Shown piece by piece: positions 20,663-31,184 of a DNA stretch of 64,000 nucleotides. Each line of letters starts with the position of its first letter. Positions within the stretch are counted from its first letter, which is position 1. The notes under the pieces were generated by a model, which saw nothing but the letters and a program-made list of their open reading frames with translations, searched no databases and was not told the origin of the DNA. The DNA is from Epithemia pelagica (lineage: Eukaryota; Protista; Bacillariophyta): positions 1,798,001 through 1,862,000 of the forward strand of contig OX337230.1 of assembly GCA_946965045.2 (NCBI GenBank). Direction: 5' to 3'. A program made the translations under genes and the position numbers.

Positions 20663-20794
20663 TGATAAAGCGATGGATCAAGCAATCGAAGAATTGGTTC
20701 CTGCCAAACTCGCCAATGAAATTGCTTGCGACAACAGCAACACAACAATCAGACTCATTTTTCAAGACGAAAGCAAGAAGAAGAAGTCGCAATC

Positions 20795-21241
20795 ATGGCC
20801 GAGAAGAAGAAACCGAAGGTTTACCCCGCCGACCGGAAGGGAGCCAAGATCCGGATTGTTGGTGGGACGTACCGTGGAAAGAGGGGCTTCCTCGACAAGA
20901 AGAAGGGCAGGACAGAGTTCTTTACCTACGTCATTATCGTCATCAAGCCGAACGAGGAGGAGATTGCAACACGGCTTCATCACGAATCGATCCGAGTCGA
21001 AGAGGAAGCACCACCGGCAAGCTATGAAGAGGCTGTTCTCCAGCAGCACTGTGACATTGAAGAGCTGCTACGCGACCTTACGAGGAGGCTGTCCCAGTGT
21101 GAGGGCATCTCCTCCGAAGGAGAAGCTGGCCATCGGATTGGGAACTTGTTCCTAAATTATTTGACGGTTGCTGTGCAACGTCAAAGTAACCTACGTGTGG
21201 ACAAGGCTCGTTGGCGTCGTGTGCGCTATGGTCACGGTTAA
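20795..21241 (+). CDS. Transposon-borne hypothetical protein with a KOW-like N-terminus
   Basis: GAKIRIVGGTYRGKRGFL resembles a KOW motif; ATG at 20795. Confidence 0.6.
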   Translation: MAEKKKPKVYPADRKGAKIRIVGGTYRGKRGFLDKKKGRTEFFTYVIIVIKPNEEEIATRLHHESIRVEEEAPPASYEEAVLQQHCDIEELLRDLTRRLSQCEGISSEGEAGHRIGNLFLNYLTVAVQRQSNLRVDKARWRRVRYGHG

Positions 21242-21311
21242 TGCAACATCATGGTCAATGCAAATTCTCAACCAATATAGGATAAAGGAAGATTACTAAC
21301 TACTCGTCAAT

Positions 21312-21362
21312 GTAGAAACTCTCATCATGTAAAAACTCATCATGTAAAAACTCATCATGTAA
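21312..21362 (+). repeat. 15-bp tandem repeat (AAAACTCATCATGTA, about 3 copies) between convergent ORFs
   Basis: Seen directly. Confidence 0.8.
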
Positions 21363-21383
21363 ACACTCGTAGGAATTGGTGGC

Positions 21384-22841
21384 TTACAAGTCACCAAACA
21401 TGTTCTTGGCAGCCTCCGCATTCTTCTTGCCTTTGGTGGCAATCTTGGTGCCACCCTTGCATGCAATGCGCCAAAAGATAGTCATACCAAGGAGATCACG
21501 GCCGAAATCATTCTCCGAGTCATTTGATTTCATTTTGATGGGGTTGTACTCCGTAGGGATGACAGTCTCATCCTTGGAGAAAATCTGGTTGTCGAGTTTG
21601 ATAGACGGGTGAAAGGCAAACCTATAGTGGGCCCAGTAGCTGCCATCGTCAGAATCCTCAATAGCCACCATAGTAGCACTATGGGCCTTCTTTGTAGCGG
21701 CACACTTGATCTTGGACAACTTCTCGTCCTTGTGGTACCGCTCGGGATCGCGGATCCAGAAGTCCTGCGCCGGCCCCCTCATCGAGATTAAACGACCACG
21801 CCAGCTTTCTCCGAAAACATCGTCGGGAATGCTCGCATCCCATAAATGATGGTCCTGGCAAGGGACTGAACGGCGTAAGTGGAAGCCGTTGCGAGTGAAA
21901 AGTTCGTCCTGGTCGATCCCTTCAACGTATTGAATGTCGAAATCTCTGTTACGTTCGGCACACAAATGGTTGACGGCGATTATCCAAGGGTGCTTGACCG
22001 TCCCATTTTGATTCACCAACCAACTTGTCGGAACAAATGGGTGCAACACGTCGTTAGGCAGTTGTGGGGGACGAGGAGGGATACGAGAAAGAAGTGGAGA
22101 CACCCTCCCGAAGACATGTTGCGGTGGATCACCTCCATTGAGGTCAACACCAGGGACAGCATAAGCGGCGGCAACGTTGTGGCGTGCTGGGCTGGGACTT
22201 GCGAAGAAGTTGGAGGCGTTTACCTGTCCCATCTGCTGATCGTGGGCATCGTGGGCATCGTTGCCAAGAAACACCGCCGGTGATTCTCCTCCCTTCACAG
22301 GTGTGCGGTTGAGATTGCGGGGAGCTGGCTTCCTGTCGTCGTCTTGCTCAGCCATGCCAGCAGCATAATCTTGATCACCATACAAGCGCCCATAAGCGTC
22401 CTTGTACATCTGCTCCTCTTCGGGGCTGACGTCGTCGGCAACATCAGTGGTGTAAGTGTCATTGTCGGAAATCTTGTTGCTCTTCACCATGGTTCCTGAC
22501 TCTTTGTTTTCAAGTTCTTTGAGAGTCTTCTCGTTTGGATCAACTCCCAGTCGATGGAGGTAGTTGACGTAGGCTTGGATGGACCGGGACTTGCACTTGC
22601 CCCAGCGAAGTTGTACTTGTCGTCGCTTCAACGAGCCTTCAAATCCCCAGTCGGTGGGATTATTACTGCAAAACGAAAGGAGATCAAAGGAGTGTCTCGA
22701 CTGGCCTTGTTTTTCGATGGCCTTGATTAATTTTCTTGTTTGGTCAAACGGCAATCCACCTGGAGCGGGGAACTTGGCTGGCCTCTTTGGCGGTGGTTTC
22801 TTCTCTTCGTCCAATTTATGATCATGTTGTTGCTCTGTCAT
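21384..22841 (-). CDS. Transposon-borne hypothetical protein (485 aa)
   Basis: Long clean ORF with a basic helical N-terminus and a beta-rich C-terminal domain; family not recognised. Confidence 0.7.
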   Translation of the reverse strand: MTEQQHDHKLDEEKKPPPKRPAKFPAPGGLPFDQTRKLIKAIEKQGQSRHSFDLLSFCSNNPTDWGFEGSLKRRQVQLRWGKCKSRSIQAYVNYLHRLGVDPNEKTLKELENKESGTMVKSNKISDNDTYTTDVADDVSPEEEQMYKDAYGRLYGDQDYAAGMAEQDDDRKPAPRNLNRTPVKGGESPAVFLGNDAHDAHDQQMGQVNASNFFASPSPARHNVAAAYAVPGVDLNGGDPPQHVFGRVSPLLSRIPPRPPQLPNDVLHPFVPTSWLVNQNGTVKHPWIIAVNHLCAERNRDFDIQYVEGIDQDELFTRNGFHLRRSVPCQDHHLWDASIPDDVFGESWRGRLISMRGPAQDFWIRDPERYHKDEKLSKIKCAATKKAHSATMVAIEDSDDGSYWAHYRFAFHPSIKLDNQIFSKDETVIPTEYNPIKMKSNDSENDFGRDLLGMTIFWRIACKGGTKIATKGKKNAEAAKNMFGDL

Positions 22842-23109
22842 GATAGAAAATCAATGATCCAACAATCAACGAGAGAAGTAGACAGGTTTGCGAAGCGCAA
22901 GCCATTCCCTCTTGATCCAACATGCTCCTCTTGTGTCGTTGGTTTGTCTACAGCTACTAATATCATAGGAATGTGTTTGATTGCTTGATCATAAGCAGTA
23001 TTTTAGTTTACTTAGGGCAGATTGGTGTGTGTGGACCCACGGATCCTTCTACTCGTGTTCGGGATGAAGCACCTTTCCGCCAATTTGTGACACTACTAGG
23101 GAATGAGCC

Positions 23110-24099
23110 ATGAAGGCTGTCTTCCTTCCCCCAAGTTGTTCGCATCGGAATCTTCCTACTGTTCAACATAAAGAGAAGATGGTGCCACTGGTCGAGCCAG
23201 ACGAGGTTCTCACGCGAGGCTTAGCTTATCTCTCCTTGGACGTGGATGGCCGTCTGACGAGGGAGCAACGCATCAACAAGTTCCAACAACACTATGGATC
23301 GGTGCCTCTTACAATTGCAACCATGTGGTATGACTTGTGCCATACGACAATTGAAGAGGCAAAGCTAAGTACTAAGGATAAACAAAAAGGCTTTCGCATG
23401 TTCATGGTTGCGCATTTCTTTATCTACAGCTATCCTCGAAGCAGCGTACAGCTTGGTGACAGGTTCCGAATTTGTGCGTGCAACGTCCGAGGCAAGAATC
23501 TCTGGAAATGGATTCGGAAGATCGCAGCGCTTGAGGAGAAGGTAATTTTCTGGCCTCACGACCTGAACAATCCTGACTCGGAGATTTTCGCGCTATCTGT
23601 GGATGGTGTTGATAAGAAAACGTGGGAACGAAAGCACAAGACTGAACTGCTTCCGTTTGATCGACGAAATTTCTCACAGAAGCATGCGCACGGTGGAGTG
23701 AAATATCAAATCACTCTATGTGCATATCGCCAGCAAGTCGTGGATATCTTTGGACCAGTGCGCGGAGGCATGGGTGACAAGGAGATGCTCGAGAGGTCTG
23801 GTGTGCTGGAGCACCTCGCGGATGGAAAAAAGGTTGTGGCTGATCGCGGTTACATCAAGAATGCTTTCCGCGACAAGGTTGCTTGGCCCAACCCACAACA
23901 CGATTCAAGGATGGCGAACAATATTAAGAGTCGCATCCGCCTGCGACACGAATCGTTCAACGGAAAAATGTCTACCTTTGCCTCCATGCACCAAACTTGG
24001 AGGCACAGCGACACGAATCATGGACTTGCCTTTCGAGCTGTCGCTGTTACGTTGCAATATGCCATGAACAATGGCAGCTCTCATCTCTTTCAACTCTAA
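23110..24099 (+). CDS. DDE transposase (DDE_Tnp_4 / Harbinger-ISL2EU type)
   Basis: Motifs SVDGVD, GPVRGGMGD, VVADRGY, RLRHESFNG. Confidence 0.88.
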   Translation: MKAVFLPPSCSHRNLPTVQHKEKMVPLVEPDEVLTRGLAYLSLDVDGRLTREQRINKFQQHYGSVPLTIATMWYDLCHTTIEEAKLSTKDKQKGFRMFMVAHFFIYSYPRSSVQLGDRFRICACNVRGKNLWKWIRKIAALEEKVIFWPHDLNNPDSEIFALSVDGVDKKTWERKHKTELLPFDRRNFSQKHAHGGVKYQITLCAYRQQVVDIFGPVRGGMGDKEMLERSGVLEHLADGKKVVADRGYIKNAFRDKVAWPNPQHDSRMANNIKSRIRLRHESFNGKMSTFASMHQTWRHSDTNHGLAFRAVAVTLQYAMNNGSSHLFQL

Positions 24100-24144
24100 T
24101 GAATGTCTAAAGTAGAGAAAAGTTTGTTTGTGTTTTCTATTTGT

Positions 24145-24789
24145 TTACGTATAGTCTTGTATATGATTTGCCAAATCATGTCGTCGTCGCAGCTCATCAC
24201 AGGGGACAACAGGTCCTCGTCCTTGCTCCTCCTCGCGTTTCAGTGCCAGATAGTTGAAAAAACGTTGGCGGCGTGCTTCCTGGTAAATGCGGTGCTTGAA
24301 GATTGCTGGCTTAAAGTCTCTGTAGGCAGGACGTGTCCTTTGAAGCTCGGATGGCTTCAAGCGTAGGTGCACACCATTCTTCACATCCTGCCGAAGAAGC
24401 AGCTTTGCAGGGTGAAGGTCAAAGACAAGTTCACCTTTGTTGTTGTGTTGTTGTCTTGGATATAACCTTCTGTCATGAATAAGGGCCCTTTCGTCACTTC
24501 TTGCCCTTTCATTCGCGTAGTCTGCTTGGCGTCGATGATCCTGCAGCCGTGCCTTGAATTGTTGGAAGGGGACACCTTTGAACTCCGGGAGCCGCTTGTA
24601 AAACTTGAAAAGGTGGTCTGCCGGCACCATGTTCATGTTGTAGAGCAGACCACCTGGCTCCAAATCCTCGATGAGGATCGCCCGCCCCTCGCATTTCCTC
24701 CAATCAACAAACTTCTCCTTCTCCTTCTCCTTCTTCGATACAGAGACCTGCTTGCTCATCCTCTTTCTTTGTCCACTACCTGGCGACAA
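24145..24789 (-). CDS. Transposon-borne basic hypothetical protein (214 aa), possible DNA-binding accessory
   Basis: Clean ORF convergent with the transposase (45-bp gap); K/R-rich, with two similar helical segments. Confidence 0.65.
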   Translation of the reverse strand: MSPGSGQRKRMSKQVSVSKKEKEKEKFVDWRKCEGRAILIEDLEPGGLLYNMNMVPADHLFKFYKRLPEFKGVPFQQFKARLQDHRRQADYANERARSDERALIHDRRLYPRQQHNNKGELVFDLHPAKLLLRQDVKNGVHLRLKPSELQRTRPAYRDFKPAIFKHRIYQEARRQRFFNYLALKREEEQGRGPVVPCDELRRRHDLANHIQDYT

Positions 24790-24905
24790 AAAAGGTTGGT
24801 TGTTGTGTCGTGTTCCATTTCGTCGATCGTTGTCGATAACTTCGACGTGTTTTGCGATCTCGTTTTGTGAAGCTCATTTTTGTTGTGAAGACTCATTCTT
24901 GTTGT

Positions 24906-25084
24906 TGTATCGGGTGTGTGTATCGGGGTTTCGTCGATTTGTATCGGTTGTATCGACCCCCGTGTATCGTTTGTATCGGGGTTGTATCGGTTGTATCGGG
25001 TTGTATCGGGTTGTATCGGAATTTGTATCGGTTGTATCGGATGTTGTTTCGACCAGTTGTATGGTTTGTATCGGGTTGTATCGA
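24906..25084 (+). repeat. Right subterminal TGTATCG(G) array (about 14 copies)
   Basis: Counted by eye; same orientation as the left array. Confidence 0.85.
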
Positions 25085-25891
25085 CCCTCGCCAAATGTTC
25101 CGATTCGTGTATTTTCCTCTCTATGTATTCTAATATACAGAAATATCAATGTCGATAAGTATTTTGTTCTATTATAGTGTACCAAAAAGAAAATAAGCTT
25201 GTCCGTCCTTCGCCCTTTTTGGTATATTCTGTTCAAGGTCCATAAGCACTATGGTTACAAAAATAGCGGGTGTCCCAGAGCTCAGGGTCGGTCTTATTCT
25301 AAGGTACTACCTTGTGTGAAATTTCGATAGAAGAGAGAGATCAAGAGCACTCAGCACTCATCTCAAGCGCTTTGGAGCTTCAGCAACTGACAAAGTGAAG
25401 CAGGGAGATTTGCTCTTGCTTGACCCACCTCTAGTAGAGACACTACGGTAGGCACACTACTATGCTACATCCCACATGTTCGGCTACAGCCTTGTATGTT
25501 TATCATGATGTGTTACTCCTGGCACAGGTCGTTTCCATGTAAGGAAACTAAGCCGGCCATTGGGTGATAGTGGAACTCTACTGTAAGTCATAACCCCCAA
25601 ATCCTAAAAAAATCGTTCCTAAACTTGAGCCCATAACCTGTTCGCTGAGAAATTAAGATCCGTTTAAGGCAAAATTTGTCCGGGGGTAGGCCTCGGCTTA
25701 TGAACTTTCGACACAAACTTATTCTCAGCGCATGTATATATATATGTGCATACATGTATATGATATATCCCCCCCATACAAGAAGGAAAAAGCTCCTCAA
25801 CCCCTACCACCACGAGCGTCTCGTCCTTTTCTCGGGCCTCTTCTTCGCTTTGTACCTCCACCCTTGACTTCTTCACTTTGTACCTCCACCC

Positions 25892-27244
25892 TTGACAATG
25901 GCCGAGGATCTTGAAAAGAGGATGGAGAGAGCCTTTGCCGAAGTCGAGGCAGGCTTGGCCCAAAACCAGGACGACTCCACCTCAGAGGAGGAAGATGCCC
26001 CGACCCAGATGCCAACGCCAACACCACCTCAAGCAGTCACACAGGGACCTCCTGACTTGTCCGAACAACTGAATTTGACAAAAACCAGCGTCCCTCACAC
26101 TCCTGCAGCAACAAGTGTCCCACCAGTGCGACGGGAGTCACCCCGACTCCGCATTAAGAGACTCCTACAAGAGCAAAACAACAACAAGAAGCCCAAAGCC
26201 AAGAAGGCAAAGAAGACTGCTCCAACATCAGCTCCTACAGCCTCCGGAAAAAACACAGCAACATCGAACACAACAACCAAAGTGAAAAAAGGAAGCGTAT
26301 CACAAGCAAAAAAGGGTAATGGAGGACCAGGTAGATCGAGAGGGAGGAACTTCACTGAAGACGAGACCTGGTACCTCCTTGATCTTATTTCCGCCATAGA
26401 ACCTGCAGGGCAATACGGTTGGGATCGAGTAACGGACGCCTACAGCGAAAGGTTCAAGGCGTCCGACCGCCTCAGGGACAGGGAATCTCTCAAACGCCGT
26501 TTTGGTGCGCTACATGGGAGAAAGATTCCCACGGGAGACCCACATTGTCCCGACGAAGTGAAGGCGGCCAAACAGATCCTCATCAACATCCAAACACGAT
26601 GTGACGTTAGCGAAAAGGCAAACAGACACGACATTGGCTTCGACTCGACCTCGTCCGAAGGAGAGAGTGTTGCAGATGGAGAAGCAGACTACGGAGAAGA
26701 TGAAGAGGACGACCAAGAAGCAGACGATCAACAAGGAGAGAAGCAAGACAAGGAGGAAAATCTGGAGACCCCCAAAACAAGTGTCAAGCCGCATGGATCA
26801 AAGCCCCTTCGGTCGGATACGAAAAGTCGACGCAAGCGAACAATTGACTCCGACGACAAAACTGACGCTATCATGAAATTCATGATGGTGTCGCAGCAGA
26901 ATCGTCAAGATGCAGAAGAGAAAGAAAGGAAGTTTCGCAGAGAGAAAGAAGACTGTGAGAAAGAAGAGCGACAGAAGCGTGACGACAAGCGACGTGAGAG
27001 AGACGAGCGTCGTGCGGAACAGTCAATGGCTATGCAACAATCAATGCTGCAAATGATGATGCAGCAACAGAGTAACTTGCTCATGTTGCTTGCACCGAAT
27101 GTAATGGGACAGGTCCAACCGCAACAGGTCCAACCGCAACAGAACACTACAACGCCTGCGGGTCAGCTCCGACCGCAACACACTCTAACACCTGAAGACC
27201 AGAACATTGACCAGAATGATGACAAGGAAGGAAAAGAAGTTTAG
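25892..27244 (+). CDS. Harbinger Myb/SANT-like DNA-binding protein
   Basis: RGRNFTEDETWYLLDLI..W..V...Y......RDRESLKRRF, followed by acidic and Q-rich tails. Confidence 0.85.
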   Translation: MTMAEDLEKRMERAFAEVEAGLAQNQDDSTSEEEDAPTQMPTPTPPQAVTQGPPDLSEQLNLTKTSVPHTPAATSVPPVRRESPRLRIKRLLQEQNNNKKPKAKKAKKTAPTSAPTASGKNTATSNTTTKVKKGSVSQAKKGNGGPGRSRGRNFTEDETWYLLDLISAIEPAGQYGWDRVTDAYSERFKASDRLRDRESLKRRFGALHGRKIPTGDPHCPDEVKAAKQILINIQTRCDVSEKANRHDIGFDSTSSEGESVADGEADYGEDEEDDQEADDQQGEKQDKEENLETPKTSVKPHGSKPLRSDTKSRRKRTIDSDDKTDAIMKFMMVSQQNRQDAEEKERKFRREKEDCEKEERQKRDDKRRERDERRAEQSMAMQQSMLQMMMQQQSNLLMLLAPNVMGQVQPQQVQPQQNTTTPAGQLRPQHTLTPEDQNIDQNDDKEGKEV

Positions 27245-27269
27245 TAGATAAAATAACTGGTATAGTTGA

Positions 27270-28577
27270 CTACGAAAGAGATGAATGGTATCCCTGTTGT
27301 CCTGTAAGATACAAATGGGGGTAAAATGTCGTCCGAATCTGGTTGAAGCCAACACACGAAGCCCTGTAGTTGTACAATAGGACAATGAGAGACAGGACAA
27401 TCTTCCTTTCTCCCATCTCTTCATACTTAAGGCAATCTTTCAGGCGAGGGAAGGAAGCTTGCAAGCCTCTCATCCCCCACTCGGACAGCTGTCGCACCGA
27501 AGTGGCCGCCTTGTACATCTTCCTTGTATTTCTCACTCTACCCTGTCGATCCACATTGTTTTGATACGACTTCAACAAGCTCGGCCGATTCTCCGATCCG
27601 AAGGCAGAGTCCACGACAATGCGCCCGCCACCACGTCGTCGTTCACTGTCGTGCACGGCATCTAATTTTTCGTAGATCTTCGAGAGGTGGGCCAACGTAG
27701 AATCGTGCCAGGATCCAGGCGCGTTGATGTAACACGCCCGGATCCTTCCATCTGGTGAAAAAACAAAAAGGTTTGAAATATAGTGATCGCATTTCCATCC
27801 GTTATAGAAGATGTTTTCAAGATCAGGGTTAGCTTCGATGAGGACTTTGAGTCCGTCCATCGCTCCCCACACATTCTTGAGCACAGGGTATTTCTCCCTG
27901 ATAACCGCCTTGAAGCTCGCTATTTCGCTTCGCGTTGGCAATCTCACCTCGGCGTCCGGATGGTTCTGGAGGACTTTGACCAGAAGACGACGCCCAAAGC
28001 GCAACCAAACAGAAACTGGGTTCGCAGTCATCCCAAAGATGACCTGCAAGGGGATCGTTGAACCACGAGTACGCGTCCAGGCGAGCACTAATCCTAGACA
28101 TATCGTTGCGTCTATTTGCCGTTTCCGTCCTGTTCCCCCAGTTTGTCGAACGCGTCTCATGTGAAACTTTTTGTTCGCTTTCTGTGGATAGGGACTCCAA
28201 CTGTTAAACAGTGGCGTGAACAGCTTAAGCAGACTCTCAAATGACTCATGATCAAAGCCACACAAAGCTATCAACGAGGGGTCATCGCCACTATTGTAAA
28301 GTCTCATGAACGAAGAGTATTTTGGATGTTGGAGAGCAGCGCGACGAATTCCTCCCGAACGATTACGAACACGCTGTGCTTCCTCAAGACGAAGCTTCTT
28401 CTTCTTCTCCTCCTCCTCCTCCTCCAGGAGAAGAAGGATCAATGCATCGTCGTCTATATCCATGGTATTACAACAACAAATATTACTACAGGTTAGTCGA
28501 AAAGAGGATGACGATGAGGCCGAAAGGCGTGTCGAGGTGGAGGGAGTCTCGTGGGGGAAAATGGCGCAACATGCCAA
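27270..28577 (-). CDS. Harbinger DDE transposase
   Basis: Motifs GAMDG, FYNGWK, NAPGSWHDS, VVDSAF, RQLSEWGMRGLQ. Confidence 0.92.
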   Translation of the reverse strand: MACCAIFPHETPSTSTRLSASSSSSFRLTCSNICCCNTMDIDDDALILLLLEEEEEEKKKKLRLEEAQRVRNRSGGIRRAALQHPKYSSFMRLYNSGDDPSLIALCGFDHESFESLLKLFTPLFNSWSPYPQKANKKFHMRRVRQTGGTGRKRQIDATICLGLVLAWTRTRGSTIPLQVIFGMTANPVSVWLRFGRRLLVKVLQNHPDAEVRLPTRSEIASFKAVIREKYPVLKNVWGAMDGLKVLIEANPDLENIFYNGWKCDHYISNLFVFSPDGRIRACYINAPGSWHDSTLAHLSKIYEKLDAVHDSERRRGGGRIVVDSAFGSENRPSLLKSYQNNVDRQGRVRNTRKMYKAATSVRQLSEWGMRGLQASFPRLKDCLKYEEMGERKIVLSLIVLLYNYRASCVGFNQIRTTFYPHLYLTGQQGYHSSLS

Positions 28578-28684
28578 TGCATATATATGGTTGTGTATAT
28601 CCTATAACGTGCGTTGGGTTGTCCAAAGAATGACACTGGTTAGGTTTTATGACTTACAGTGGCAGTCATCGTCTTATACTAAAA

Positions 28685-30081
28685 CCCTCGGTATCAGTGT
28701 CCACTGCTTAGCTGTTTTTTGTCTGTGCCACCTTCAAAGGTTCCCAAGTGGACACAGACAGAAAATTTCCTTTTTGACGCAAATGGAAATGACTAAATTG
28801 CAAATTGGCACGCATACACAGCTGGAGTTTTCGCAATTCATGAATCAGACGCATGCCCAGCAAGCGGCCCTGCGTGGATGACGGTTGGTTGGTCTTTGCA
28901 GAATGCGCCATCCAAATCCCCCATAAAATCATACAGAGGCCATCACCCACAATGGCATGGCATGAATTGTCGCCTTTCATGCAATTCAGGTAAGTTTGAA
29001 CGTACAAAAATGTTTCCATGACAACAACAGTTCTTGTACTGTCATTCTAACTTCTCCCTCACACTTGTATTCGTTTTTCTCTTCTGATATTCGACATTTG
29101 ACAACTGTCTCTCTCTCTGTCCACTTCATTGAGAGTGAATGTTTGTGCCTATGGAATGCCAATCCTCCATTTGAGCCTCGGCTTAAAATTGGAGACCACA
29201 TAGAGCTTCATTTCTTTGTAGGAGTATTTTAGGAGTTTCTATCAGAAGTTTAGTTCTAATCTTTCATAGATTTTGTAAGATCGTGCGTGTTATTGCCGTG
29301 CTTTCAACAACCATGACACTCTGGTGTAGGTTTGAGGCCATCTTGAAGCATATCTGATCGACTCTGTGATCTATGAAGACTAGTTTGAGTAGGCCTAGTG
29401 GCAACAAGCTGCCTCAGTTTGTCGTCATCTCTAGGTCTAGGTACTTGAGTATCCGACACACAACGAAAGGTTCTTGGTCTGTGGTCGACATGGAGATGGG
29501 CGAAGCACAATGATGAGAGTAAAAAAACATGCTACAAAAATAAGAACACAACCAACCAACAATCAAGGAGCACTACGATTAAAGCAAGGAGAAGTTGTGG
29601 CAAACGGCCTACAATGACTTGTCCTCCATTTCATTGCGACAAAATCAAAGGAGCACCAAGCATCAACATTAACAGGGACAAAGATTAATGAGATAACGTG
29701 CGAGAAAACTATGCAGGACATGAAAGAAGCTAAGAGACAAACAACAAGCAACAAGAGAGAAAAACCAAAATACTGCTTCAGGTCGCAAGGATTCGGAAAG
29801 AGCTCGTTTCATGGTCAATGTCGATGTTTTTGACACCGCGTAAGATTTTTGTGACGAGACGAGAGTCGTGTGAAAGGATTCCAAATTTGAATCGTGGTCA
29901 CGGTCACAGGAAGATGCTAACCGCCAACTGTCACTTGCACGCCGGCATTTCCACCAGCACGAGGAACCATATTGGTGAAAAGGACAGACGAAAAGTGAAA
30001 TTTTCTGTCTGTGTCCACTTGGGAACCTATGAAGGTGGCACAGACAAAAAACAGCTAAGCAGTGGACACTGATACCGAGGG
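28685..30081. mobile_element. Non-autonomous long-TIR element, copy 1 (about 1.4 kb)
   Basis: ~85-bp TIRs starting CCCTCGGTATCAGTGTCCACTGC; second copy at 37875-39285; no intact ORF. Confidence 0.9.
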
Positions 30082-30351
30082 TTTCCGAACGTAAATGTAG
30101 GATTTATGCTTTTTTGAGTTTATGACTTACAGTAGAGACCCAGTGATATTGTGAAAATTCTCAGTGGTCTTAACGCCAATCGTAAAGAACGGGATTTAAG
30201 CTTATCGGAGTATCAAATAGCTGTGTCCCATAAATTTTATGGGAGTCAACCAGATGCTCGAATTTGCTGTCTCCCATGCGAGCGCCTTAACAGAGGCTGT
30301 TTTAACCTTAAAACACAGGTCTCATCGAATTACAATGGCCCCCTCCGTCAT

Positions 30352-30437
30352 ACAAGTGGCACCTAGTCTGTGATGGTGGCACCTAGTCCATGATGGTGGC
30401 ACCATGATGTGACCATGATGTAGCGACCATGATGTAG
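30352..30437 (+). repeat. Short degenerate tandem repeats (GATGGTGGCACCTAGTC, CCATGATGT)
   Basis: Seen directly. Confidence 0.6.
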
Positions 30438-31134
30438 TGATACGAGAAGTCAACAAAATAACTCTTCACATTTACAAATCTCTGTTTATTCCTATCTACT
30501 GTTGTTCTCACAATCCATGGATTTCTGTCGTTTCGTCGTCCTCACCATTATCGTTGTTGTCTCGTGTTTTGTTCTCGTCTTCTTCCATATTGCTGTTGTC
30601 GGCAGTCCTTCTCCTCTTTCTTGTGTATATCCGCCTCCTCATCATCAGCTTCCTCGGGTACTGTTGTACTGGCTTCAGGTGCAAGGTTGGTAGCACCTTG
30701 GACGGGTCGCTTGGCATCTGGGATCGATATCTTGGATGGGTTGCTCGGCATGTGGCTCGATGAGCCATCGCGACGAATCCAGTTGCGCCGACTCACGGTC
30801 GTCATTTTCCGCAGGGAAGGGTCGGAAGGACATTTCCTTTGGTCAAGGCCTTCTTTGCCATATAGACTTGCAGAATGGAGAGTCCTGCAACAATCGGTGC
30901 AGATGTCACATATATAAAGGGTACTAAAGTTGGGGCTCAGCCGATGGAAGACGTAAATGAGTGAAAATGAGGAAAATCACCAATTTTTCAAGTTCAAATA
31001 TCAAGCTCATTTGTGGATCTTTACTGTAGACTATCATATATGAAGTTGTTCAGAATTCTAAGATCTATCGAACGATGAAGTCAGATTTGGATGAAAGTGA
31101 ATTTTGATGAAGTTAATGGAAGTCAAAGTTAAGG

Positions 31135-31184
31135 GAGTAGCGCATAGCTGTCTCCCATATATGAAAGACAGCTATGCGCTACTC
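31135..31184. other. Perfect 19-bp inverted repeat with a 12-nt loop
   Basis: GAGTAGCGCATAGCTGTCT - CCCATATATGAA - AGACAGCTATGCGCTACTC. Confidence 0.85.

Larger units (their letters stand above)
20201..25281. mobile_element. PHIS-group (Harbinger/ISL2EU-like) DNA transposon with a DDE transposase and three additional ORFs
   Basis: ~31-bp TIRs with 2 mismatches (20201-20231 and 25251-25281), TGTATCGG arrays inside both ends, DDE_Tnp_4-like ORF. Confidence 0.85.
25581..30132. mobile_element. PIF/Harbinger DNA transposon (Myb/SANT-like ORF plus DDE transposase), with a nested non-autonomous element
   Basis: 18-bp perfect inverted repeat CTCTACTGTAAGTCATAA (25576-25593 and 30120-30137); classic convergent two-gene layout. 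Confidence 0.85.

Noticed and set aside
24906-25084. Regular short repeats resembling a CRISPR array
   Set aside because: Units are 7-8 nt with short irregular gaps, there are no unique spacers or cas genes, and the context is a eukaryotic transposon.
30437-30927. Cluster of overlapping low-complexity ORFs
   Set aside because: No consistent frame or domain; probably a decayed fragment.
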